A DNA stretch of 64,000 nucleotides, from NCBI RefSeq assembly GCF_004010195.1, contig NC_057711.1, forward strand, positions 81,893,549-81,957,548, read 5' to 3'. Origin of the DNA: Chiloscyllium plagiosum (lineage: Eukaryota). The notes below the pieces were generated by a model that ran no database searches, was not told the DNA's origin, and saw only the letters and a program-made list of their open reading frames with translations. Below, piece by piece: positions 40,955-54,954 of the stretch. Position numbers and translations under genes: made by a program. The stretch's first letter is position 1, and every line of letters starts with the position of its first letter.

Positions 40955-41305
40955 GGGAGGCAACGGTCAAGTGGTATTATTGCTAGGCTGTTAATCCAGA
41001 GGCACATGAAATGTTCTGGTACCTGGGTTCCCAATCCTGCAGATGGTAGAATTTGAATTCAATAAAAATCAAGATTAAGAGTCTAATGATGGCCATGAAT
41101 CCATTGTCAATTGTCAGGATATACCCATCTGGTTCACTAATGTCCTTTAGGGATTGAATCTGTCATCCTTACCTAGTTGGGCCCACATGTGACATCAGAC
41201 CCACAGTGATGTGGTTGACTCTTAACTGCCCTCTGGGCAATTAGGGATGGGCAATAAATGTTGGCCTGGCCTGCGCTGCCCACATCCCATGAATTAATAA
41301 ACAAA
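40955..41305 (+). mobile_element. tRNA-derived SINE sharing its 3' tail with the LINE at 45440-47680
   Basis: A/B-box-like head; tail gggcaataaatgttggcctggcc..cacatcccatgaattaataaa matches the LINE tail at about 47630-47680. Confidence 0.65.
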
Positions 41306-41652
41306 AATTATCAAAACATCACATAGTATTCACTTTCTTTTCTTTAATTTCTGCTTGTTTACAATTTTCAACAGTGCTGATAACCTTCCATTACCTTACT
41401 GAGGGCTGTGAATGGTTATTATTTTCTCCTGTGGTACTGCCTCATATAAGCTGGTTTAATTACTTTCGCATGGATGTGAACATGCAAGTATCACCAGTCT
41501 GAATATTGCTCATTCAAAAACTAATGAAGCCAGAATAAAGTATTAGGATGATTAAGGGCCTGGTTTCCAATTCGATTTCAATCTATACAGGTTTTGTATC
41601 TGCTTTTAGAATTACAAAGCTGATCAAGTTGAGAGTCAATATGAATTCTCAC

Positions 41653-41774
41653 CATCCATGGCAGATTGCTCTTCAGATTCATCAGGAGATGGAAGCCATG
41701 ATTTTGTTGTCTCAGTGCTTAATATCAACTGCTTGGATAAAGAATTGTAACTCCGACTCTGGGCAAGTGTGGAC
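41653..41774 (-). CDS. FRMD3: FRMD3 penultimate coding exon (122 bp)
   Basis: (R)STLAQSRSYNSLSKQLILSTETTKSWLPSPDESEEQSAMD(G), homologous to the FRMD3 segment QSRSSHSLNKQLIIN..LPSP; ttttAG acceptor, GTgag donor, phases 2 and 1. Confidence 0.9.
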
Positions 41775-43080
41775 CTAAAAGTACAATGTCAGAGTTAAAA
41801 AGATTGAAATTTTGCTTTGCACAATTCTAAGTATGAGACTGACTCAAATTCTTAGTTTTCTCCTTTCTAGATACATCGTCATAAGCAACCTGTCTTCTGC
41901 AACCATTAGTTTTTTTAAAACCATTTGCAATGTTAAATGTGTTGATTTTTCATTATTGTTCTATAGTAACTACTGTGTGTGTTATTTTTGAGTTTTCAAA
42001 ATGTTTAAGCTGAAATTTAGTATACCAGTAAACATCACTTGACAGAGGTTCAAACCCAACTACTGACATGTCTTTCCTCAGTTGGCTGACAGCAAAATTA
42101 TTTTCTGGATTAGTGGTGCTGGAAGAGCACAGCAGTTCAGGCAGCATCCGAGGAGCAAAATTAGTTTGGTCAATGCTACACTCTGATCAAATACTTTGCC
42201 AACATTCCTGGCTAGACTAAGATGTGACTAATGACCACTTGGACAGAATATTGGTTCCTGCTTCAGGAGGGCAGGGAAAAGTCAATTTATGAGAGAAAAA
42301 TATTACAAACACACAAAACAAAGGGCATAGCAAAGTACAAATTAATACAATCTTATTAGGAAGAATGGCCTGTTTCTCATATTTCCTAGTAACTGGTGGT
42401 TAAATACCTGACTTGGTATTTAGCCACACAGGCTAAACTGATACGGATTCCATCCCTTGACCAGGAATATACAATATTCTAATATTTTGTGTGCATGCCA
42501 TTTTCTGTCACTTTTCCTTATTTTTCTCTGGTTTATTACATAATAAAACTTTATTCTTTTACTCAAGAAGACCTTGGAATTGGTGCTTTTCCATTTTGGA
42601 TCAGAATAACTAAATTTAATTGAAGCTATATGCTTAAAAAAGATTGTTGCAAAGGACCAAGATAGGGTTTAAAAAGAGAACTGATGATGTCTCCTCATCT
42701 GGATTGAACAACTGTCAGGTCTTTTTGTTTTCACACACATTTGCTGAGATCATATGCTGGTAGGAGGAAGCAGTATGGTGCAATCACTTACCCAATTATG
42801 GGAGATAAACTCTTACACTCACTAACATAGTAGATCTAGATTCAGGCCGACATCAACAAATGTATGTTACCCAAGGTTGGTGGATGGCATAGGGAGATCC
42901 AAGAAGGATTTGAGGGAGGAAATGAATTCTGAAAATCTCATCGTCTCCCAAGAATGACTCCTGACAAAATGTAAACAGGTTTTTTTCCCCCTAATGTTGA
43001 ATGTTTTCTGACCTAAATCTCACTATGGATGCTGGATTGCTGAGTGTTAAGAGCTTGAAGTGTATATATTTTTCATCTTA

Positions 43081-43191
<111 letters not shown>

Positions 43192-45439
43192 CTAGTTTAA
43201 CCTTATGAAAATAATGGGTAAAATCTTCTCGGACCCTGAATGTTATGACTGTGGTCAGAAATTTAGGAAAATAGGGTGAGGCTTTTCTCAACATTGAGAC
43301 TGACAGCTTGCATTTTCCAACCAAATCCTGGATGGTGAGACAAGATTCTCACTAGTGAGTGATCACTCATTATCATCCTTATTAAATGCAGGTTCCCATT
43401 CTCCCACTCATTCGACTGAAACTAGACATTGAGAATTCCTGACATGAAAATCTGAGCATATACCTGAGCAACTCCTCACCACTTGCTTCTCTGGAGCTCC
43501 ATCTTGGACACCCAGCATCTCAGGCATGTTCATGGGCAGCAGTTACGTGCAATTCATGTCCATTGCAGCTGACATGTGCCGTTTTCTGCATTATCATGGC
43601 ACATCACTGTTCCTCTTACAGTACACTTCTGAACATCAATGTTGTAATTTGGAGGGCATTGGCACCACTGATTGTAATGCTGTTGCACGAACACTTTGTC
43701 CTCAGGAATAGGCACCTAACTCACTGACTGGACCAAGCTAATCTCTGAGCACTCAATCACTTTATGCCTATTTAAATATTCACAGCATCCTGCCTGGTCT
43801 TGTCTTGCCTTTTTGCCTTCAGCTGCATCTTAAAGGCTCACAGTACTTTGTCCTGCATTGCACTTTACTGCAGACATAATGCCAAACAGCTGTCATGCTG
43901 GTCAGCAATCAACTATCAAGAGGGAGTGAGTGCATATTTTATTGCAAGGCATTGTCTTATGTCAATCTCATACCTGCTCCATGTGCCAGCCACACACATA
44001 CCATATACACATCAATGTATATGCATATGTATCAACCAACTCGTGTCTCAAAGTCTAAGTGGAGTAGTCCTATGGGGAGTAAAGTCCAGGAAGACTCTCT
44101 TCAGTATGGGATCCTGGCACAGTAAGTCAAAGGCAGTCTTCAATATCAGCCCAAAGGCTTGGGAATGTAAGGTGATCAGCCAGGAGCAGATTAGTAGAGG
44201 CCTCCTAATGTCAATTGTTGCATTCAAAGTTCAGATGGAGATCATGAGATGCATGGTTGCTAACATGTAGCTCTACCATCATGGCTGTTGCTTTCAATGT
44301 TCATCGGGCTTGCAAATTCCTGATAGTCCAATAGTTTGTATCCTAGCTGATTAAGTGGACTGCTATGATCCCGCCCACATGTGTGGTAATGGTACTAGAG
44401 AGCACAAACCTACTGTCATCTCTCAGGATGACTGCATTCATAGCTCCAGCCAGTGTCCTAGCTTTTGTCTCAACCAGATTGCTGTCATCCATGCTTAGAT
44501 GGTGTAGTTTGAAACTGGGTCCATGATTTCCAGGGCAGTCCAAGGCATCAGATAGCTCCCTGAATGGAAGTTAGCAATCTTTCACCAGCCATGTTGTGTC
44601 CATTGAGGTAGCATTGTGGAGGAGCACCAGGAAGACAGCTGTTAGTAAGGCCCTATTGAGGTTCACAAGAACGACTGATATGCTCTTGGGTAAATTTGTT
44701 CACTGAAAAACTTACTTGTTGGACTTCTTTGATTTTTGTTGGTATTAAGTCTGTGGTTAGAGAAAGGCTATCTAAGTTAGAGTGGGAAAGATTTTACTGA
44801 AGAGAAACCTCACAATGCAATGAGTCACATTGTGTCCAGATTTTAATAGTCCATGTAATCTCTGTTGTAACAGGCCCTAAGGATCCCAAAGGGTTCATAT
44901 TAAGGATAGATTTGTGGACAGAACAGCTTAAGGTCTCAAAAGAGTCAGAACTAACATGAGGCACTTTCTCATAGTTCTTGTAAAATGTTTATCATATCAG
45001 TGTAATCTGTAACTAGTTGCTAACATCAACTACTTGGTCAATATAAAACCCTCTTTTAATTAAACCAAGAAGTGATTTTCCTTAACCCACACCAGACGAA
45101 GCAGGACCTGTGCACATCCACACTTAAAAGAGAGTAGAAGCAGCAACCTTGCCACATGGTGAGAGACAGACTTGTTTTGACTTCATATACAAAATGATGA
45201 GTCATGATGTGAGATCATCAGACTCATCTTAATTCATGGTGCACTGGCAATCAATCAGCAGCAGGGAAGAACTGAAAATTCTGTCATCCCACAGAAGAAA
45301 CTCTTGTGGGAAGGTTCCACAAGGAAGAAATCCAGTCAATGGTAAAAGTATTTTAGACATGGTGAGAGATTTGCTGCAGGAGCTACTGAGAAAGCTGGTT
45401 GGGTCCTAAAGGACTTTCCCTCTTCTTCAGTCTAGAAGT

Positions 45440-47680
45440 TAAGATAAAATTGATCTCATCCTTACCCATCTGCAAATTGCAGATGCATCTATCCATGACA
45501 ATATCAGTAAAAGTGACCAGTTCTTGTGGAGATGAAGTCACACCTTCACATTGAGAATACGCTCCATCATGTTGTGTGGCATTAGCACCATGCTAAATGG
45601 GACAGTCTTCAAACAGATCTAGCAACTCAAGATTGGCCATTCGTGAAGTGCCGTGGGCCATCAACAGCTGCAGAATTGTGCTTCAGCACAATCAGCAACC
45701 TCATATGCTCCAGTCAATCATTAACATCAAGCCAGGGGATCAACCCTGGTTCAATGGAGAGTGCAGGAGGGCATGTCAGGAGCAACACCAGGCATACCTG
45801 ATAATAAGGCTACCAAACACAACATCCTGATGATGGGCTTATGCCTGAAATGTCAATTCTCCTGCTCCTCAGATGCTGCCTGACCTGGTGTGCCTTTCCA
45901 TCACCACACTCTCGAATCTGATCCCCAGCATATGCAGTACTCACTTTCTCCATTATGTGTATGCCAAACAGGATAAGTAGCAAGTGACAGACAGAGCTAA
46001 GTGATCCCAGAAACAACGGGTCAGGTTTAAGCACTGCTAATCTGCCACGTACAGTCATGAATGGTGGTGGACAAGTAAACAACTCACTGGAGGAGAAGAT
46101 TGCACAAATATCCCCATCATGAATAAGGGAAGAGACCAACGCATCGGTGCAAAAGATAAGGCGAAGCAATTGCAGCAATCTTTAGCCAGAAGTGGTGAGT
46201 GGAAGATCCTTTTCAGTCGCATATAGTGGTCCCCAACATCAAGATAGCAGTCTTCAGCCAATTTGATTAACGCCACATGATATCAAAAGCAGCTGGAGGT
46301 ATTGGATACTTCTATAGGCCCTGAAAACATTCCAACAATAGTACAGAAGACTTGTACTGCATTATTTGACAACCCTTAGCCAAACCGTTCCAGTCCAGTT
46401 ACAACAATAGCATCTACCTAACAATGTGGAAAATTGCCAGATATGTCTTGAACATAAAAAGTAGAACAAATCCAACTGAGCCAATTACCGTTCCATTAGT
46501 CTACACTCAATTATCGGTAAAGTGGTGAAAAGTATCATCAACAGTGCTAACAAGCAGCACCTGCTCACTGATACCCAGTTTGGGTTCCACCAGGGCCACT
46601 CAGTTCCTTACATGATTGCAGTCTTGGTTCAAACATGGACAAAAAAGCAGAATTCCAGAGGTGAGGCGAAAGTGACAGCCCTTGACATCAAGGTCACATT
46701 CAACTGAGAGTGGCATCATGGAGCCCTCGCAAAACTGGAAGCAATGGATATAGGGGCAAATTTTCCACTGATTGGAGTCACACCTGGCATGTAAGAAGAT
46801 GGTTGTGGTTGCTGGAGGTCAGTCATCTTAGCTCCAGAACATGTCTGCAGGAGTTCCTCAGGATAGTATCTTAGGCCCAACCATCTTCAGCTGTTTCATC
46901 ATTGAACTTCCTTCCCTTATAAAGTAGGAAGTGGGGATGTTCACTGAAGTTTGCACAATGTTCAGCACCAATAGGGACTCCTCAGATACTGAAGAAATCC
47001 ATGTTCAAATGCAACAAGATCTGGACAATATCGAGACTTGGGCTGACAAATAGCAAGTAACATTTGCATTGCACAAATGCCAAGCAATGACCATCAGTTT
47101 AATCACCGTCCCTTGCCATTGAATGTTACCATCACAGAATCTCCCACTATCAATATCGTTGGGGTTACCATTGACCAGAACTAAACTGAACTAATCACAT
47201 AAACGCAGTGGCTACAGGAGCAGGTCAGAGGTTAGGAAAACTGCAATGAGTATACTCACCTCCTGACTCCCCAAACCTGTCCACTATCTACAAGGCACAA
47301 GTCAGGAGTGTGATAGAATACTCCCAACTTTCCTGAATAGATGCAGCATCAACAAACTCAAGAAGCTTGACACCATCCAGGACAAATCCACATTCATTTC
47401 CATCTAGAAGGACAAGGGCAGCATACACATGGGAACACTACCACTGCAGGTTCCCATCCAAACCACTGATCATCCTGACATGGAAATAGATCATCGTTCC
47501 TTCATTTTAACTGGGTCAAAATCCTAGCATTTCCTCCCTAATGGCATTAGGCATCTACCTACAGCATGTGAACTGCAGCAGTTAAAGAAGGCAGCTCACC
47601 ACCACCTTCTCAAAGCCAACAAAGGACGGGCAATAAATGCTGGCCAGCCAGCTATGCCTATGTCTCATGAATGCATAAAA
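45440..47680 (+). mobile_element. CR1/L2-group LINE ORF2 remnant with 3' tail
   Basis: MWKIA, ANYRSISL, TDTQFGFHQGHS, TALDIKVTFN and GVPQDSILGP motifs. The tail recurs at about 5390-5780, 23665-24010, 26850-27200 (-) and 55035-55165. PLE fragment inserted at about 45826-45950. Confidence 0.75.
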
Positions 47681-48114
47681 GAAGTGGTTAGTTAGGAACT
47701 CAATGGAGCAGGAGAACTAGTAATTCCTAAAACAAATGCAAACTGCATTGTCTGCTGGTGGTCAAGATTTATCGGGGAGTAAACAGTTACTACAGGCTCC
47801 ATCAGCAAAGTTAAGATCTCCAATGGGTAAGGAATAACCTTAAAAACCTTACAGAACAACACAGAACACAGGCTGGAAAGTAGTACTTATCTCCTCATTA
47901 ACAATTACCACCATAGCTGGGGGATAAAATGAGGCATAATTACAGCATGGCAAATCAAGGGCCACAAAGGTCACAGACTGAGGTCACAGACTTGGGACTG
48001 GCGCAAAGCCAAAATTAAAACAACAAAGGAGCAAATTAGAGGCAGCCCAGTCCGAAAAGAAGAATTTTTCATGGTGGGGAGTACTTTTAGAAAGTATCAT
48101 TTAAAGTCTTACAG

Positions 48115-51100
48115 TCTTAGAGTCATAGAATCATACAGCATGGAAACAGACTCTGCGATCCAACTTGTCCATGCTGACCAAGATTCCCAAACTAAACCAG
48201 TCTCATTTGCCTGGATTTGGCCAATAACCCTCTAAGCCTTTCCTATTCATGTACCTATCCAAAGGTCTTTTAAATATGCTAACTGCACCTCCATTTACCA
48301 CTTCTTATGGCAGATTATTCCAAATGCAATCCACTTTATGATAAAAATGTTGCTCCTCAGGTCCCATTTAAATCTTTCTCCTCTCACCTTAAAAATATGC
48401 CCCCTAGATTTGAACTCCCCCACCCTAAGGAAAAGAGCTTTGCTCTTCATTTTATCTATGCCCCTCATGATTTTATAAACCTCTAGAAGGACACTCTTCA
48501 ACCTCCTACATTCAACTTACAAAAAGTCCCAGCCTCTCCTTATAACACAAAACCTCCAGGTTCAGCAACATCCTGATAAATCTTTTTCTGAAATCTTTTC
48601 AATTTCATAATATCCTTCCTATAGCAGGGTGACAAGACCTGTACACAGTACTCCAAAAGTGGCTTTACCATATCCTGTACAATCCCAACATGATGTCCCA
48701 ATCCTGTAGTCAATGGTCCGAGCAGTGAAGACAGGCATGCTAAATGCCTTCTTAAACACAATGTCTACCTATGATGCAACTTTCAAAGAACTATGTGCCT
48801 GAACTGCTATGTCTCTCTGTTTAACAACACTACCCAGGGCCTATCATTAACTGGATGATTTCTGCCCTTGTTTGTTTTACCAACTGCAATACCTCGCATA
48901 CATCCAAATTAAAATTCTATCTGCCACTCCTTAGCCCATTGGTCCAATTGATCAAGATCCCTGTGTAATCTTAGATAACCTTCTTCACTGTCAACTATGC
49001 CAGCAATTTTGGCATCATCCACAAATTTATTAACCATGCCTCCTAAATCCTCATCCAAATTGTTTAGATAAATGACAAACAAAAGTGGACCTATCACCGA
49101 TCCCTGCGGAATACCACTGGTCTCAGGCCTCCAGCCCGAGAAACAATCCCCCAACACCACCCTTTGTCTTCTACCATCAAACCAATTTTGTATCAAATTG
49201 GCAAACCCTTTCTGAATCCCATGTGATCTAATTTTAACAATTAGTCTACCATGCGGAATCTTGTCAAAGGCTGTGCTGAAGTCCATGTAGACAATGTCTA
49301 CTGCTCTACCCTCAATCTTTTTGGTCAAAAAACTCAATCAAGCTGGTGAGACATGATTTCTCAAGCAAAGAACCATGCTGACTATCCCTAATCAGTCTCT
49401 GACTCTCCAAATGCAAGTAAATCCTATCTGTCAGAATCCCCTCCAACAACTTAACCGCCACTGATGTCAGACTCACCGGTCTATAGATCCCAGGCTTCTC
49501 CTTACAGCCTTTCTTAAATAAAGGCACAACATTACACACCCTCCAGTTCTCTGGCATATCATCCATAGCTGTAGATGATACAAATATCTTTCCTTGGGAC
49601 CCTGCAATTTCCTCCTTAACTTCCTGCAACATCCTAGTATACACTTAGTCATAATCTGTAGATTTATCCACCTTTAAGTTTTTTAAGACCTCCAGCACTT
49701 CCTCTTCTGTAATGTGGACTGTTTTCAAGACATCAATAGTTATTTCACAGAGTTCCCTAGCCTCCGTTTCTTTCTCCACAGTAAAAACTGACACAAACTT
49801 TATTTTTGTAGTATCTCTCCCATCTCCTGCGGTTCCACAGTTAGACCACCTTGTTGATCTTTGAGGGGATCTGCTCTTTTGCTCTTAATGTACTTGTAGA
49901 ATTGGGTTATCCTTAATCTTATCTGCCAAGTCTCTCTTGTATCCTCTTCTTGTCCTCCTGATTTCACTCTTAAGAATACCCCTGCACCCCTTATCCTCTT
50001 CAAGAGATTCATTTGATCTCAGTTGTGTATACCTATTACATGAATCCTTCTTATTCTTGACCAGAGCACCATATCTTTATTCATCCATTGTGTCCTACTC
50101 TTACCAGTGTTACCCTGCACTCTTAACAGGAAGATAATGCTTCTGAACTCTTGTTATCTCACTTTTGAAAGTCTCCCAATTGCCAGTCATTTATTTACCT
50201 GTGAACAGTCTACTCCAATCAATTCTTGAAAGTTCCTGTTTAATACCATCAAAAGTTACCTTACTCCAAATAAGACTTTAACTTTTATACAAGTCCTATC
50301 CTTTTCCATAACTATTTTAAAACTAATAGCGTTATGGTCACAGGTCTCAAAGTGCTCCCCACTAACACTTCAGTCATTTGCTCTGTCTTATTTCCCAAGA
50401 CAAGGTCAAGTTTTGCTCCTTCTCCAGTAAGTACATTTACATATTGATGAAGAAAATTTTCTTGAACACATTGAACAAATTTCTCACCATCCAAGCCCTT
50501 AACACGATAGCAGTCCTGGTCTATTTATGGAAAGTTAAAATCCTCTACTTTTACAACCTTTTTTTTACATATATCTAAGATTTCTCTACGTATTTGCTTC
50601 TCAATTTCCCCCGACTCTTGGGGGGGTCTATACTACAATCCCATCAAGGTAATCATCCCCTTCTTATTTCTGAGTTATACCCGTACAGCTTCATTACACA
50701 ATCCCTCAGAAATATCCTCTAAGTACAGCAGTAACGTTTTCCTTAATGAAAAATGCCACTCCCCCTCCTCTCTTGCCTCCCTTTCTAACGTTTCTATAGC
50801 ATCTAAAACCCAGAAAATTGAGATGTCAGTTCTATTCCTACCTCAGCCATGTCTCTATAATAGCTATGATGTCCCAGTCCCATTTTCCCATATATGTCCT
50901 GAATTCATCTGCCTTTTCTACAAGATCCATGTATTGAAATAAATGCAGTTTAATTCTTCAGTAACCTCATTTTCTCACTTGCTCTTGCCCGCCTTTTCTT
51001 ATTAACTTGCTGGTTTTTCAATTGAGAACCATCTTCATCTGTCTTTCCATTCTCACCACTACTTTGGGCCCTCCCACCGCCAGACTACTTTAAATCCATA

Positions 51101-51705
51101 CAAATAGCTCCATCAAATCTTCCCACCAGGAATTTGGTCCTTTTCAGTTCAGGTGCAACCCATCCCTATGATCCAAAAATCTGAATCCTTGCCCACTGCA
51201 CCATCTCCTCAGCCATTATTTTATCTGCCCTAGCTTCTTTTTCCTACTCTCACTAACACATAGCATTGAGAGAAATCCAGAGATTACTACCTTTGAGGTT
51301 CCACTTTTTAAGCTTCCACCTAATTTCCTATATTCACTCTGCAAAGCCTTAACACTCTCCTTAATTTTGTCGTTCTTACCAATATGTACAACAGCTTCCG
51401 GCTTTTCACTCTCCCCTTTGACAACACAGTCAGTTCTGATATAACATGATAGTTCCGTTCTCGTGTAATCTCGCATTATAAGAAAATAGTGCAATAGCCA
51501 CACCATTTAAAATAATGGAGCCAGAAACATGTTATAGCTAATACAGGTAAGGAAAGTTTGCATTCTACAAATAACAGATGAAATTCTTCGATTGCATTAA
51601 AGCCAATTTGCGTTGAAGAAACACGTGTTATAGCAGAACTGACTATATGCTGCAATCATTTTGAGGTGTCCTTAATCCTGGCACTATAGGGAGGTAGCCA
51701 CATGA
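48115..51705 (-). mobile_element. Near full-length decayed CR1 LINE including an ORF1 esterase remnant
   Basis: Minus-strand ORFs with RT (VYMDFSTAFDKIPHGRL, GIPQGSVIGP, FVDDAK), endonuclease (LDLVLGN) and ORF1 SGNH-like EAVVHIGKND..SKVVISG. Confidence 0.88.
51427..51645. mobile_element. Tc1/mariner (Tigger/pogo-like) MITE, ~219 bp, inserted in CR1 ORF1
   Basis: Terminal inverted repeats cagtcagttctgatataac / gttatagcagaactgacta followed by TA; CR1 ORF1 sequence continues on both sides. Confidence 0.75.
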
Positions 51706-52490
51706 CAAAATATGGATTGATTCAGAAATGTCAGCATGGACTTGTCAAGGAAAAGTCATCTCTAACTTGCTCACAGTTTTTTGGAGAGGTGACAAAGAGG
51801 GTTAATAAGGGGAAGGCTTACATGGGACTGGTGATGTACATGCATCTTCAAAAAGGCATTCACTACCAAAACAAACGTGTGAGGAAAGTGATTGGTCAGA
51901 GAGTAAAATGCAACATGGATACAAAATTGGCTGAAGGATAAGAAACAGAGAGTATTTTTGGTTGGGTATTCTTTGACTGCAAAAAGGTTTGTAATGGAAG
52001 ACCAGAGTAAGAACATCCTAATACTGGCAGCAGAAGGCTCCCACCACTGACTATGGATATCAACACCCACTCTGTACAATCTGTTCATTTGTCCTTCAGG
52101 GCCATTAAACTGTTCTCAACTGTCATGGGTCATTAGTTGTGCATAAGTTTTTACACATTGATTCTTACAAAACTACTTTAAATCACTTTCAAACTTGATT
52201 CCCTTTTCAGGTTAAGCTGTGGTTCCTAAATGTGAACCTTACAAGTTGTGTAAACATGTGAACTAGTTACTTAAGAGCAAACTGAATAATCGGATGTTAA
52301 GACATATCTGTAGATTCTGTTCTCATGCAACTCAGGAATTTGTACTTCATGGTCAGAATTAGAATGTAAGTGGTTTAGCTACTGCATTTACAGCTAGTCT
52401 CTAAGTTATTACATAAAATAAATTGCTTATTGAATTTATAAGCTTTAGGCAAAATAATAAGGCACAGAATCCTTTGACAGAAAAACCCAC

Positions 52491-52565
52491 CTGAAACGAA
52501 ATCTCCTGCCTTTGAAAAAAATGTTGCTGCTGGACACAGTCTTGATCTGACTGGATTTTTCATAC
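52491..52565 (-). CDS. FRMD3: FRMD3 coding exon (75 bp), FERM-adjacent region
   Basis: (K)YEKSSQIKTVSSSNIFFKGRRFRF(S); tttttAG acceptor, GTggg donor, phase 2-2. Confidence 0.93.
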
Positions 52566-53129
52566 CTAAAAATATGAAAAATATAGTATTTGGTGCAACT
52601 AGCATTTTGATTAAAGGACTACAAAGGAAAAAAATCCACCCAAATTATTAGATATTACTTCCTGGCTAAGATTTACTAATTCTGCTTTTGTCAGAAGTTG
52701 GGCAAGCCAAATGCTCAATTCAGAGATACAGATGCTAATCTAATTAAAACAAAACACTTTGGATACTGGAAATCTGAATTAAAAACAAAGTGCTGGTGTA
52801 CCTCAGCAGATCCAGCTGCTTCTGCAGAGAGAGAAACAGATTTACCATTTGAGTCTGATATGACTTCTTCAGAATGGAATACCACTACGGAATGCTAGTA
52901 CGCCTGAATTTCTAAAGCAGAATCTAAAACAGCAGCTTTGAGAGATTCTAGTCTTCTGTGCCAGAGAGACATGTTTATGATTTAGTTCACATCTGCTAAA
53001 CAAAAATTTATAGAAGAATAATACTAATGAAGGTCCACATACTGTTTAGGTCATAAACATTGGACTGTTGTTTTTTTTGTTTGAGATTACATTTCCAAAT
53101 ATTTGTAATCATAATATGAAGAATTTCAC

Positions 53130-54260
53130 ATTCACTTAGAGGGAAAGATTAGTATTTCAAATGTAAATTAGGGCAATTATAAGGGCATGAAAGCAGAGCT
53201 AGCTAAAGTCAACTGAAAAATTAGGTTAAACGATAGGTCAGTAGAGATACAGCAGCAGACAAGGGAACAACTCAGAATACAGTACAAGTATATGTAAATC
53301 ATACAGATGTAAAGGCTTATATTCTGGTTGACAAGATGTAATGACTGATGTGCCACAAGGATCAAGGTTGTCCTTTTTACACTTTCATATAAATGATAAA
53401 AAAAATTCCAAGAGTGGACCCATCATCTGTGATTAATAAAATTTAAAAACAAAACCCATAATTACATAAAATTGGGTGGTAGCTCATAAGATTGGATAGA
53501 ATATTATTAAAAAGAAATTAACTAAAATATTAATAGGAAAAGAAAAACTAGAATACGTGAGAAAGCTAACTAGGAAATTTATAAACAGATAGTTGGTGTT
53601 TCTACAGGTAATCTAAAAAGCAGAGTCAATAAAGAAAGCATCAATCCTAAAGGAGTGAGTCTGGGGAATTAATAACGAAAAATAAGGATATGGCAAATGA
53701 GATTATGTTTCGGTTACACAATGCATTGATGAAATCACATTTGGAGTATTGTGTACAACATTAGTCATGTTACATAAGGAAGGATTTACTAGACTAATAT
53801 CTAGAATGGGTGGATTATTTTATGAGGAAGATTAGACAGGTTCAACTTGTATCTGCTGGAGTTTAGAAAAGCAAGGAGTAACTTGATTGAAGTGTTAAAA
53901 ATCCTGAGGAGTTGTGACAGCATAGATTGGAAAAAGATGTTTATTCTTGTGGAAGAATATAGAATCAGGGATCACTGTTTTTTGAAAAAAGGATTGCCTA
54001 TCTATGACAGAAATGATAACATTTTTCTCACCGAGTGTCTTGAGTCTATGGAACTCTCTTGCTTTCTAAATGCAGTGGAAGCAGAGTCTGAGAGTATTTT
54101 AAATACAGAGATGAGTAGATTCTTGATAAAGAAGAAGTGAAGGTTTATCAAGGGTAGGCAGGATCATGGAGTAATCAGATCAGTCATGGTCTTATTGAAA
54201 GATGGAGCAGGCTTGAAAGGCCAGTTGATCTACTTCTGTTCCTAATTCATTTATTTTTAT
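53130..54260 (+). mobile_element. Highly decayed CR1 LINE pieces
   Basis: HLEYCVQ and LYLLEFRKARSNLIEVLKILR motifs plus a CR1-like 3' UTR. Confidence 0.65.
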
Positions 54261-54864
54261 GATTGTGTTATTTCTATGACCAATTCTTTTAGCTATTTTG
54301 AGTTAACATCAAATGAAAGCATTCAACATAACTGTACTTCATCAAATCCCTCCCTTCCTCGATGTATTATATTGAAAGAAATATCAAAACTGGCAAATGC
54401 ATTGTATATTTAAATATTCATCACACTATTAGAAAATCAAACTGTTAAAATTGAACATTGAAAAATAATTTAAGTGCCTATGTTTAAAATTATGTGCATT
54501 ATTTTAAATTGTAAGTAATCATGATAAATTGAGAGGGAGGAAATGTATGGGACAATATGTAAATAAATTGAGAAAAATCTATCACATTAATCCATATAAA
54601 AGTAATATACTGCAGATGCTCGAAACCTGAAATAAAGACAAATAATACACCAACTATTCAGTAGGTCTGGCAGCAAGCCTGAAATTAGAAACACAGTTAA
54701 TGTTTCAGGTCAACAACCATCTGATGAAAGATCACAAACATGAAATAATAACTCTTTACTCTCTCCAGAGATACTGCTAGACCTGCTGAGTATTTCCAAC
54801 ATTTTCAGTTTTTATATCACTTTCATCACTTTTCCACAAAAACATCTCAGTATTCATAAACTCA

Positions 54865-54954
<90 letters not shown>

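Noticed and set aside
43800..44270. 156-aa ORF on the + strand
   Set aside because: No recognisable motif; intronic and antisense to FRMD3; likely chance or decayed repeat.
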